From a virus (taxonomy: Duplodnaviria > Heunggongvirae > Uroviricota > Caudoviricetes): 41,202 nt of DNA. A program made the position numbers and the translations under genes. Below are positions 1 to 8,350 of the stretch, piece by piece (position 1 is the first letter of the stretch; every line of letters starts with the position of its first letter). The stretch lies in IMG/VR virus record IMGVR_UViG_3300036768_001066, one strand, 5' to 3'. Under the pieces are notes generated by a model. That model saw only the letters and a program-made list of their open reading frames with translations, did not search any database and was not told where the DNA came from.

Positions 1-139
1 AAAGCACTTCAAAATGAAGGGTGTCGCAGCCTTTTTCATATAAACTACAACCAGGAAAAGCACTTCAAAATGAAGGGTGTCGCAGCGACGATGCTACTCC
101 TGAGCCGCACGAGCCGCTGGAAAAGCACTTCAAAATGAA
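1..139. CRISPR. End of a CRISPR-like mini-array: 36-nt repeat GCTGGAAAAGCACTTCAAAATGAAGGGTGTCGCAGC (type VI-B/Cas13b-like), cut by the window edge
   Basis: Copies at 1-30 (5' part outside the window), 51-86 (two 5' mismatches) and 116-139 (degenerate after 24 nt). Unrelated spacers of 20 nt (31-50) and 29 nt (87-115). The repeat has GCTG/CAGC terminal pairing and a CTTCA-AAA-TGAAG hairpin. Confidence 0.7.
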
Positions 140-152
140 TTGATAAGTGTAA

Positions 153-476
153 TTGCAAAAGGCACTACGGTTAATACACGAATATGGTATATGTGGAGCA
201 GAAAATCAAGAACAAGCAGAGCAGAAAGTTTATGATAATGGACGGATAGGGTGGGTAAGAATTGTCCATTTAGACGATGACAAAAACCGTGGCGCAGATT
301 TCTTTCTTTGGCGCTGCGAAAAAAACGTTTTACCTCTTTTGCGGCAGCATCAGTGCGCAGTACTCGTCCGGTCCAGGTATTCGTTGCACAGCGGCGAGAA
401 AAATTTCCCAGGATCCGAAATACCCGGACTCGGAAAATGGCTACACCGATGGTTGAAAAATGGTTTTCTGGATTAA
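153..476 (+). CDS. Hypothetical protein (TTG start) in the AT-richer segment next to the array
   Basis: 107-aa ORF followed by a terminator; no recognisable motif. Confidence 0.35.
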   Translation: MQKALRLIHEYGICGAENQEQAEQKVYDNGRIGWVRIVHLDDDKNRGADFFLWRCEKNVLPLLRQHQCAVLVRSRYSLHSGEKNFPGSEIPGLGKWLHRWLKNGFLD

Positions 477-521
477 AGAAGGCTTAAAGTTACTAAGTAA
501 ATAAAATTTGTAAAAATATGG

Positions 522-550
522 AAAACCGGCTTAGGGCCGGTTTTTTATTT
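522..550 (+). terminator. Intrinsic terminator
   Basis: AAAACCGGC-TTAGG-GCCGGTTTT plus a T run. Confidence 0.75.
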
Positions 551-558
551 GATATATA
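551..558 (+). promoter_or_regulatory. GATATATA box (candidate phage late promoter)
   Basis: Exact motif recurring in intergenic regions upstream of starts. Confidence 0.5.
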
Positions 559-609
559 AGATATGGGATAAAGACCCAAACCCAGCAAAACTAACCATCT
601 CAAGGAACT

Positions 610-996
610 ATGCTTAGCTCATCGGCAGCGAAGAAGAAGGTTAAGTCGCACGTGACGCGATACAAGAACGGGAATGACTTCCAGTTCACCGATCGTCACA
701 TCGTGTACTGGTTTGGGGTGATCAACAGGGCCGCATTCAGGAACAAGCTCCCAATGCCGGTATTCAAGATCCGCCGTTTACGCGGCGCATGGGGTCTCTG
801 TGAGGGCGACAATGGTAACGAGATAGTGATAAGCATCAACGAGACAATCGACAACCGGGAGCTCTTCATATCCACACTTGCGCACGAGATGGTTCACCAA
901 TATCAGTACCTATACGTTGGTGGCACGATGAACCACAAGGAAACTTTTATAGAGTGGAAACGCTTCTTCAAGCGCCACATGCGGATTTTAATCTGA
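610..996 (+). CDS. SprT-like zinc metalloprotease domain protein
   Basis: STLAHEMVHQYQ (HExxH) followed by MNHKETF, with a WGLC upstream motif, as in the SprT family. The true N-terminus may lie at 563 but is interrupted. Confidence 0.75.
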   Translation: MLSSSAAKKKVKSHVTRYKNGNDFQFTDRHIVYWFGVINRAAFRNKLPMPVFKIRRLRGAWGLCEGDNGNEIVISINETIDNRELFISTLAHEMVHQYQYLYVGGTMNHKETFIEWKRFFKRHMRILI

Positions 997-1026
997 AACT
1001 TTTTCGTATATTGACCTAAAATTACC

Positions 1027-1359
1027 ATGGTTGATATACACATTGAAAACGTCATGGACCTTGTATCTGAAGGTCTTGCGTATAAGTTATGGCGCGTCCC
1101 GCCTGGCAACGACTTGCCAGGTAAGGATCATTACGTCATTTACCCGACATTCAATTGTGAGTGGTTGGACGAGAGGATCCACCTCGTAGTTTCTAATTCC
1201 GAAAGAAAATCATATTTTTACTGCATGTCCTCCGGTAACAGGTCGCCGTTGTTCTTCGATGGTAAGGCGGTACATTCCGGGATGTCGGTCGACAACAATA
1301 TACTGATGGACACAATCAAAAACGTACTCGAATTTTATCATGTCAAGCAAACAGTCTAA
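1027..1359 (+). CDS. Hypothetical protein
   Basis: 110-aa ORF with phage-like codon usage, overlapping the start of the topoisomerase gene. Confidence 0.65.
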   Translation: MVDIHIENVMDLVSEGLAYKLWRVPPGNDLPGKDHYVIYPTFNCEWLDERIHLVVSNSERKSYFYCMSSGNRSPLFFDGKAVHSGMSVDNNILMDTIKNVLEFYHVKQTV

Positions 1360-3148
1360 TAATAAGGAAATAGTAGTACTCGACGAGCACGAGCACGTAT
1401 TACAGAGACCGACTATGTATGTCGGTGCAGTGGAGCTAACCGAGGAGAAGATACCAATCGTCCGCGATGGCAGGATAGTCATGGAGCAACACGACATATC
1501 AGTTGGTTTTTACAAGCTGTTTCACGAGATACTCGACAACGCGGTGGACGAGGCAAAGCGACTGAAGGGAAAGATGAAGTCCATAAAGGTTACCATCGAT
1601 TCGACGAACAACCTCGTGGAGATTATCGACGGCGGAGAAGGATTCCATAACGGGACCGCGATAAACAAGAAGTCGGGCCTGACCAACATCGAGACCGCGA
1701 TAAGCCAGCTGAGGGCCGGTTCCAACTTCAACAACGACAACATAAATGACGCGCTTATAGGTACTAATGGAGTTGGTGCTGCGCTCGTTAACATGCTGTC
1801 GAGCAAGTTCTACATTGAGACGCGTAACAAAGAATCATACTTTCACAAGGAGTGGAATAACTTCAAGTCCAACAATACAACCGTGTCGAAGGGCATACAG
1901 GTGACTACCGGCACGAAGGTTGGTTTCATACCGCGCAAGGATATATTCAAGAAGGCGAGATGGAACAAGGACATAATAAGGACACAGATGATATTCAAGA
2001 ATTTTCTCCTCAAGCAGGACGAGTTCCTTGCGTCACTTAAGTTCGAGGTGTTCTTTGATGGCGAGAAGCTTGCGCTCGACGTGCCGTTCTACCCGTCATC
2101 GGCATTTGTCTACAAATCAAAGCTCGGACACTTGATACTGTACGAGAGCTATGACTCGTCTGGGTCCTTGTCGTTCGTGAACTCTGCTATGTGTACTGGT
2201 ATACATCAGAGGATCATAAACGAGAACATCAACAAGGAGCTCGACGACACGCTTGGTCACCACTTCTACGAGACGTTCTTCGTGCTCAACCTCCCGCCGA
2301 AATTGGTGAGGTTCCAGGACCAGAACAAGACCAGGCTCGCGTCCACGAGAGACGACGTTGAGGGAACCATATTAGAAAACTTCAGAAGGGGGCTCCAGCA
2401 GTTCTACACAACCGACTTGTTCCAGAAAATCCTGAAGAGGGTTGAGGACCGTAAGATGTCCACCGAGGTCAACAAGCTCAGGAACGTTAAGAAGAAGACA
2501 AACATGAAGAAGTCTTCCAAGTACTTCCCGCCCTCTGGGAGGATAGAGAACCTGTTCATAGTCGAGGGCGAGTCCGCTATGGGTTCTATCCTGCAGAAGC
2601 GTGATACGAAGACTGACGGTGTGTACTCGCTAAAGGGTAAGATAAACAACGTGCGCTCCGTATCGGACCTGTCTGGCAACGAGGAGATCGTAGCACTGAT
2701 GCAGATACTCGACCTCGACCTCGACCCTAATAAGCGCAACCACTTCACATACAAGCGAATAATAATAGCGTCCGATTCCGACGAGGACGGAGGGCACATC
2801 TGCTCGCTGCTCGTCAATTTGTTCTACAGGTGGTTCCCATACATAATCGACGAGGGCAAGTTGTACAGGCTTAAGATTCCACTCATGTCTATAGACGAGG
2901 GCAAAAGCAGGCAGTACTTCTTCGACAAGAAAGAGTTCGAGGAGTTTCAGCGCAAGAAGAAATCGTACAAGGGTCTTAGGTTCCTCAAGGGTCTCGGGTC
3001 TCTTGCTGAGGAGGATTGGGAGCACATAATGGCGAACAAGCAATTGTTACAGATCCAGCGTGGAGAGGATGCTAAGAAGTTCCTGGACATGGCATTCGGT
3101 ATGGACTCGGCACCGAGAAAGAAATGGTTGTCAAACGAATTTGAATAA
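1340..3148 (+). CDS. gp39: Type II DNA topoisomerase large subunit (T4 gp39+gp60-like; GyrB/ParE family)
   Basis: HVLQRPTMYVG, EILDNAVDE, GTNGVGA (GHKL ATPase); FIVEGESA, LKGKI, DSDEDGGHI, RFLKGLGS (TOPRIM). Confidence 0.95.
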   Translation: MSSKQSNNKEIVVLDEHEHVLQRPTMYVGAVELTEEKIPIVRDGRIVMEQHDISVGFYKLFHEILDNAVDEAKRLKGKMKSIKVTIDSTNNLVEIIDGGEGFHNGTAINKKSGLTNIETAISQLRAGSNFNNDNINDALIGTNGVGAALVNMLSSKFYIETRNKESYFHKEWNNFKSNNTTVSKGIQVTTGTKVGFIPRKDIFKKARWNKDIIRTQMIFKNFLLKQDEFLASLKFEVFFDGEKLALDVPFYPSSAFVYKSKLGHLILYESYDSSGSLSFVNSAMCTGIHQRIINENINKELDDTLGHHFYETFFVLNLPPKLVRFQDQNKTRLASTRDDVEGTILENFRRGLQQFYTTDLFQKILKRVEDRKMSTEVNKLRNVKKKTNMKKSSKYFPPSGRIENLFIVEGESAMGSILQKRDTKTDGVYSLKGKINNVRSVSDLSGNEEIVALMQILDLDLDPNKRNHFTYKRIIIASDSDEDGGHICSLLVNLFYRWFPYIIDEGKLYRLKIPLMSIDEGKSRQYFFDKKEFEEFQRKKKSYKGLRFLKGLGSLAEEDWEHIMANKQLLQIQRGEDAKKFLDMAFGMDSAPRKKWLSNEFE

Positions 3149-3218
3149 CATGGAATACATCGATGGAGGTCAAGAAGGTACTTCTTCGAACAAATTGTAC
3201 AAGTAATAAGAGAGAGAA

Positions 3219-4616
3219 ATGGATATAACTACAATAGGAATTAAGGAGCAGATAAATACGGACTACCGCACGTACTCGATGTACGTTATTCAGAGTCGCG
3301 GCATCCCGAACTTCTACGATTCGATAACTCCGGTTCAGCGATTGATACTGCTGCACGTGCCCGAGAGGTTTCAGACCACAGTCGCGCTCGTTGGGTCGGT
3401 AATGGCCACGGGCCTGTATCACCACGGCGATATGAGCTTGTCGAAGGCTATAAACAAACTGGCTCGACCATTCGGATGCTCGCGCTCCATGATAATAGGT
3501 GACGGATTCTTCGGAAGCCCGGTGCGGCCGAGACCGGCATCCACCAGGTACACAAAGGTTAAGAGCGACCCGCATATCAAAGAGATACTGGACAAGTACG
3601 CGCCGTTAAACGTAAGGAACATGGAAGGTAATTTCGAGTTCTTGAATCTCGATGTGCCAATAGGGTTGTACACGCACATCGTCGGTATCGCGGTTGGGTA
3701 CAGGTCCAACATCCTGCCTCGTAAGATGGATGACGTAATAAAATACTTGAACGGCGAGAACAAGCAGCTTAAACCATACTTCGTTGGGTTCAAGGGCAAC
3801 ATCAAGAAGCACAACGGTCTCGACAAGGCCTGGCTCATAGAGGGGCAGTTCGAGAAAGACGACGCCAAGATGACCATGCACATTGGTGATCTCCCGCCGC
3901 TCATGAAGTACGATTCGTTCATAGTAAGGATGCACGAGAAGCTTGCGAAGCACGGCGACAACTATATCAAGATAGAGAACAACTCCAAGAAGGAAGTCGA
4001 CATCACCATCAGGTGGAGGGATAAATCCACGTTTGCCGCGGTGTGCGAGGATATAGAGAAACTGACGAAGCTTGTCGTGGTTGAGGGTCTGATATTCGTT
4101 AAGGACGGTTCCGTCATAGAGTACGAGAGCATAAGTGATTACCTTGACGAGTTCAAGGTGCACAGGGAGCGCGTCATACACAACCGGATGGTGTACGACC
4201 TTCACGTGTACAATGAGGAGCTCGACTACTTGAGGGCCAAGAGGGAATTCTTGTTGTTCATGATGGAGAAGAAGCGCAAGAACGAGGAGATCAAAGTATT
4301 CATATCAAAATACAACAAGAAAATAGCGGCACGCCTCGATAACATAAAGCTCACCGCCCTGTCACCGGAGACGGTTAAGAAGACGGAGGAGGAAATCAAG
4401 GAGCTCGAGAAGCAAATACGCGACCAGAAGAAAACCATAGAGGAACAGCTCAAGAAGTGCAAGGCTCTCGAGAAGACATTTGTGTCAAAGGGTAAGATCA
4501 ACATGAAGTCCGTGCCGCTCTTCGACGACCAGCCTATGAGCATTGACGGCGTGGAGGTGTATAACGGTGAAGACGAGGATGAGACTGGGGACGAAATCGA
4601 GGAGGACGAGGACTAA
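3219..4616 (+). CDS. gp52: Type II DNA topoisomerase medium subunit (T4 gp52-like; GyrA/ParC family)
   Basis: YHHGD motif, GDGFFGS, ASTRYT (catalytic Tyr), NILP; acidic tail. Confidence 0.92.
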   Translation: MDITTIGIKEQINTDYRTYSMYVIQSRGIPNFYDSITPVQRLILLHVPERFQTTVALVGSVMATGLYHHGDMSLSKAINKLARPFGCSRSMIIGDGFFGSPVRPRPASTRYTKVKSDPHIKEILDKYAPLNVRNMEGNFEFLNLDVPIGLYTHIVGIAVGYRSNILPRKMDDVIKYLNGENKQLKPYFVGFKGNIKKHNGLDKAWLIEGQFEKDDAKMTMHIGDLPPLMKYDSFIVRMHEKLAKHGDNYIKIENNSKKEVDITIRWRDKSTFAAVCEDIEKLTKLVVVEGLIFVKDGSVIEYESISDYLDEFKVHRERVIHNRMVYDLHVYNEELDYLRAKREFLLFMMEKKRKNEEIKVFISKYNKKIAARLDNIKLTALSPETVKKTEEEIKELEKQIRDQKKTIEEQLKKCKALEKTFVSKGKINMKSVPLFDDQPMSIDGVEVYNGEDEDETGDEIEEDED

Positions 4617-4686
4617 TAATTTCCGCCGCACGCGATGAAACAAACAATCAGTTTACCGTATAAACAATAAGACAAATAAGAAAGGC

Positions 4687-5454
4687 ATGGCTACCGCTAC
4701 AAAAACAAAGACGAACGTCGCCAAGTTCAAGCTCAAGAGCTCGTCGAACTTAATATCGTTCCTCAAGAGGTTCTCCACCATTGACAAGAACCTGCTGATA
4801 GAGATAACACCGGATACTATACAGGCGAAGTCGTACACCGGCGACAAGTGTATAGTCAAGTACTCCAAGCTCGCGATAGGTGACGTTTTGGAGGGCAAAG
4901 TGCCCGCTGACCTAATGAAGGTTGCGGTGTTCGACATCGGCAAAATAATCAATGTGTTCAACCACTTCTCCGAGGCGGACGAAATTTTCGTCGACATCAA
5001 GTACGAGGTAATATCCGAAGAGTACGTTGGCACTGAGATTCTATTCCACACAGACTCACTAAGGATCAGGGTTGAGTGCGCAGACTTGTCGCTGTTGACA
5101 TACATTAGCAGTGAGATGATTAAGCGCATCGTGAAGGCTGCCATGGACGACAAGGTCATTGATTTCCCGTTTCCTAAGGAGTCTTTCGCCAAGATCAACT
5201 CACTGTGTAAGATCGACTCAGTGAAGGACTTTCTTAACATCAAGATAAATGATGGCAAGGTGGTATTCAAGGGCAAGTCGTTCGAGTACGAGGTCGGCAA
5301 TGTTCCAAAGGACGCGAACATAGATTTCGCTATCCTCAACGAGCACTTCTCTATGGTGGAGCCAGAGATTTCGACCTTTGTGGTAGGTAACTCGAAGCTC
5401 GTCGTGAAGTCACAGGAGTCTGACACTTTAATCGTAATAGGGAGGGTTGACTGA
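4687..5454 (+). CDS. gp45: Sliding clamp (T4 gp45-like)
   Basis: 255 aa with N-terminal LISFLKRFSTIDKNLLI resembling gp45 LLKNFATIN; two-domain periodicity; replication context. Confidence 0.6.
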   Translation: MATATKTKTNVAKFKLKSSSNLISFLKRFSTIDKNLLIEITPDTIQAKSYTGDKCIVKYSKLAIGDVLEGKVPADLMKVAVFDIGKIINVFNHFSEADEIFVDIKYEVISEEYVGTEILFHTDSLRIRVECADLSLLTYISSEMIKRIVKAAMDDKVIDFPFPKESFAKINSLCKIDSVKDFLNIKINDGKVVFKGKSFEYEVGNVPKDANIDFAILNEHFSMVEPEISTFVVGNSKLVVKSQESDTLIVIGRVD

Positions 5455-6167
5455 TGCTCAAGGATAACGAAATACAGAAGCTGTATGAGGATATGCGTCC
5501 GGCAATCGCCGACACATTCACGTACCAGGGCGACCAGCTGAGGGGGGTTGTTGACGCGCTCGAGAGAATGCCTCTTTTCTCGGGATGCGAGATCGAAGTG
5601 CTCGACAGTCCATTCTACGATTCGGTCTACGGTTCGGTCGATGACGGTAACCTGTGCGTGACCGTTCAGCTTAACAACATGTTCAAGCCGAGAAGTAAGG
5701 TACGCATATACTCCATCGCATTCACACCTGGGGTGTTCAAGGAGAACATGCAGAACATGAACCATGGTGTTTATTTGCTGCCGCCTACGACGTCCGAGGT
5801 GAACTTCAAACTGACGAGGACGATACTGACTAAGATTGAGCTGGATCGCATTGCCGATGCGAGATTCGACAGGGACTCTATCATAGAGCCTGCAGGAGTG
5901 ATGGTGGGCAAGTGGGAAAGAAGCGACCTGAGGGTTGCGGACCTAAAGGCAACCTTGATGCGCGAGTTCGAGCAGAAGCTCGATAGGATTCTAAAGATGG
6001 ATCTTGAACAGTTTGCTGATACGTCAGATTCGGATGTGCACAGATTTGGAAAGGTGTATGTGCGTGTTTCCAGGGACAGTTTTGACCTCGATTCCGGAGA
6101 GGATGTGTACTGGGATAACAATTCTTATTTCCGCGTTATTGAGGCAGAACCGGAACTGCCGTTCTAA
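5454..6167 (+). CDS. Hypothetical protein
   Basis: 237-aa ORF coupled to the clamp gene (TGATG overlap). Confidence 0.75.
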   Translation: MLKDNEIQKLYEDMRPAIADTFTYQGDQLRGVVDALERMPLFSGCEIEVLDSPFYDSVYGSVDDGNLCVTVQLNNMFKPRSKVRIYSIAFTPGVFKENMQNMNHGVYLLPPTTSEVNFKLTRTILTKIELDRIADARFDRDSIIEPAGVMVGKWERSDLRVADLKATLMREFEQKLDRILKMDLEQFADTSDSDVHRFGKVYVRVSRDSFDLDSGEDVYWDNNSYFRVIEAEPELPF

Positions 6168-6174
6168 AAATGTG

Positions 6175-6182
6175 TATATTTG
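6175..6182 (+). promoter_or_regulatory. Bacteroidota-type -7 promoter box TATATTTG
   Basis: Matches TAnnTTTG; intergenic, upstream of RNase HII. Confidence 0.5.
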
Positions 6183-6234
6183 TATTGATAATTCAAGAGG
6201 CTTGGGTAAAATACTTAGGGCCTTTTTTCATTTA

Positions 6235-6864
6235 ATGGAAATGGAACTTAAACTTAAATACGATTCCGGCACCGAGATAGGCACCGATGAGGTTGGGCGA
6301 GGATGCTGCGCAGGTCCGGTAGTGGCCGCTGCCGTCATACTCGGCGATAACTTCAAGTACGATGGCATCCGCGATTCCAAGAAGATGACCGAGAAGGCGC
6401 GGGACAAGGCGTACGAGTTCTTGACCGCCGAGGATAATGACATGGTGATTGGGTATGGCATCGGGGTCGTTTCGCCGTCCAAGATAGACGAGATGAACAT
6501 CCTGAACGCTTCTATAAAGGCGATGCACCTTGCCATAGACAGCCTATCTATGTGGCACGATAGCGTGAGCCTCATCGTGTCGGATGGCAATCAGTTCAAG
6601 CCGTATGGAAACATACCTCACGTCACTGTGGTCAAAGGCGACGACAAGTATCTCCACATAGCGGCAGCCTCGGTTATTGCGAAGGTGTACAGAGACAGGT
6701 TGATGACGAAGCTCGGCGAACAGTTCCCCCAGTATCTGTGGGAAAATAACAAGGGGTATGGAACGGAGGCCCATCTCCAAGCAATAGCGGACTACGGTTA
6801 CACGGTGCACCACCGGAGATCGTTCTCGCTCAAGCTGCCTCCGGGTAAAAAAGTGCTAATTTAA
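6235..6864 (+). CDS. rnhB: Ribonuclease HII
   Basis: GTDEVGRGCCAGPVVAAAVIL, DSKK, DGN, VKGD...IAAASVIAKVYRD, NKGYGT..H, HRRSF. Start at ATG 6235 or 6241, not 6004. Confidence 0.95.
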   Translation: MEMELKLKYDSGTEIGTDEVGRGCCAGPVVAAAVILGDNFKYDGIRDSKKMTEKARDKAYEFLTAEDNDMVIGYGIGVVSPSKIDEMNILNASIKAMHLAIDSLSMWHDSVSLIVSDGNQFKPYGNIPHVTVVKGDDKYLHIAAASVIAKVYRDRLMTKLGEQFPQYLWENNKGYGTEAHLQAIADYGYTVHHRRSFSLKLPPGKKVLI

Positions 6865-6903
6865 AATTATATTTCGAACAAGGATTAACACAAAAACAAA
6901 TAG

Positions 6904-6911
6904 TATCTTTG
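6904..6911 (+). promoter_or_regulatory. Bacteroidota-type -7 promoter box TATCTTTG
   Basis: Matches TAnnTTTG 50 nt upstream of ATG 6961. Confidence 0.55.
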
Positions 6912-6960
6912 TTAGGAATTTCACCGGCTTGTGCGCCGGTAAATATTAAAAAATTGAATA

Positions 6961-7620
6961 ATGAAAATACAACAAACTGACGAATGCCAAGTATATTTCT
7001 CGGCCGATAGTCATTACGGACACAAAAACATCACGGCTGGGGTTAGTTCATGGATTAAGCCAGAGGACTGGCCTACACCATACAACAAATGGACTGACAG
7101 AGATGCGCGTAGCGCGTTTTGTAAAGAGAATGGACTGAGAGATTTCGCGACGCTCGAGGACATGAACGAGGCACTCGTGAGCAGGTATAATGAGACGGTG
7201 AGACAGACGGACGTGCTGTTCATTCTCGGCGACGTGGCGTTCGGCGGACGCGAGAACGTCGGGATATTTATGGACAGGCTCGTGTGCAAGAACGTGTACC
7301 TGATATACGGTAATCATGACCACAACATCCGTAGGGACGAGAACCTCAGAAGATATTTCAAGAGGTGCGACTCGTACATGGAGGTCCTAATAGACGGGCA
7401 GATGGTCTGCATGTTCCACTACTCGGCAAGGGTGTGGGACCAGTCACACAGGGGCTCGTGGTTCCTTTATGGACACAGTCACGGATCTCTTGCAGAGATA
7501 CCAAATGCAAGGACCATGGACGTAGGAGTTGATACTAACAATCTTTATCCGTATAGCTTCGATGAACTGAAGAAGATAATGGACAAGCGGGTCCCAACTG
7601 CTATAGACAACCATCATTAA
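6961..7620 (+). CDS. Calcineurin-like metallophosphoesterase
   Basis: ADSHYGH, LGDVAF, YGNHD, HY, LYGHSHG, DVGVD motifs. Confidence 0.92.
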   Translation: MKIQQTDECQVYFSADSHYGHKNITAGVSSWIKPEDWPTPYNKWTDRDARSAFCKENGLRDFATLEDMNEALVSRYNETVRQTDVLFILGDVAFGGRENVGIFMDRLVCKNVYLIYGNHDHNIRRDENLRRYFKRCDSYMEVLIDGQMVCMFHYSARVWDQSHRGSWFLYGHSHGSLAEIPNARTMDVGVDTNNLYPYSFDELKKIMDKRVPTAIDNHH

Positions 7621-7622
7621 AG

Positions 7623-7650
7623 AAAAAGCCGACTTATTTGTCGGCTTCTT
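7623..7650. terminator. Bidirectional intrinsic terminator
   Basis: AAGCCGAC-TTATTT-GTCGGCTT with A/T runs on both sides. Confidence 0.75.
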
Positions 7651-7904
7651 AATTTATACATTTTCCATTTTCGAACGTAAGAAAATAGTCTCAGATTCCC
7701 GGAAATCTAAGATATTTTAGCTACGCTTAGCCGCAGTCCAACGGACACCTCACTTAGGATACCTTAAGGCTCGTCTGATACGTTTACACACCTAACTTTT
7801 GTTTCACTATATTTAGTGTCTTCTTCTCCACCGGACAAGTCTGTGTCCACAACACAACATGAAATGCCCCAAATACTCGAGTATCTGTATCTTCACCGAT
7901 TTAT

Positions 7905-8312
7905 TCATTGAACATTGAACATCGACTCAATGCTGAATATTTTGTTCTTATCCACAGGCGGGACGTTAATTTCGACTTTCACCGGTGGGACGCCCTTCAT
8001 CATTTGGCACAGGCTTACGAAACAGACATAATCCTCTGACATTGGCTTGTATGTCTGTGACGGGAACCCCTTGAAGGCATCTTGCTCTTCGCGTGCAGTA
8101 AGCACGGTAAGCACGGCAGCATACACCCGTCTAATCCAATCTTGGTCTGCCCCGCAACAGTAGTCTATGTGGTAAAACCCTGAGCCGACGTAGCCGGCTC
8201 TGACCCTGTACCCGAAAATTACGCGGTACACACCTATCTCAACGCGACCTGACGTCATCCGGTGCGTAAGATAGTTTTCATCTTCTGTTGGTTGGAAATC
8301 CACGAGAAACAA
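7905..8312 (-). CDS. Hypothetical protein (true start probably ~8328, frameshifted)
   Basis: 135-aa ORF with a TTG start; an ATG just upstream is one base out of frame (MGVQIDLFLVDF if restored). Confidence 0.6.
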   Translation of the reverse strand: MFLVDFQPTEDENYLTHRMTSGRVEIGVYRVIFGYRVRAGYVGSGFYHIDYCCGADQDWIRRVYAAVLTVLTAREEQDAFKGFPSQTYKPMSEDYVCFVSLCQMMKGVPPVKVEINVPPVDKNKIFSIESMFNVQ

Positions 8313-8350
8313 ATCAATTTGAACACCATAAAATTAACAAAATATTCTCG

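Noticed and set aside
153-476. ORF next to the array as Cas2, Csx27 or Csx28
   Set aside because: No Cas2 YD/FD motif pattern, no transmembrane helices, no HEPN motif.
3150-3206. 18-codon ORF between the topoisomerase subunits
   Set aside because: Too short to support; no similarity to gp60, whose motifs are already fused in 1340-3148.
6004-6234. N-terminal extensions in the ORF track (6004, 8288, 14261, 23977, 25467, 34036)
   Set aside because: They overlap upstream genes or terminators; internal ATGs after A-rich leaders match the family N-termini.
7813-7908. Arg-rich micro-ORF as a second attenuator leader
   Set aside because: No downstream gene on that strand and no clear antiterminator; kept only as an unexplained region.
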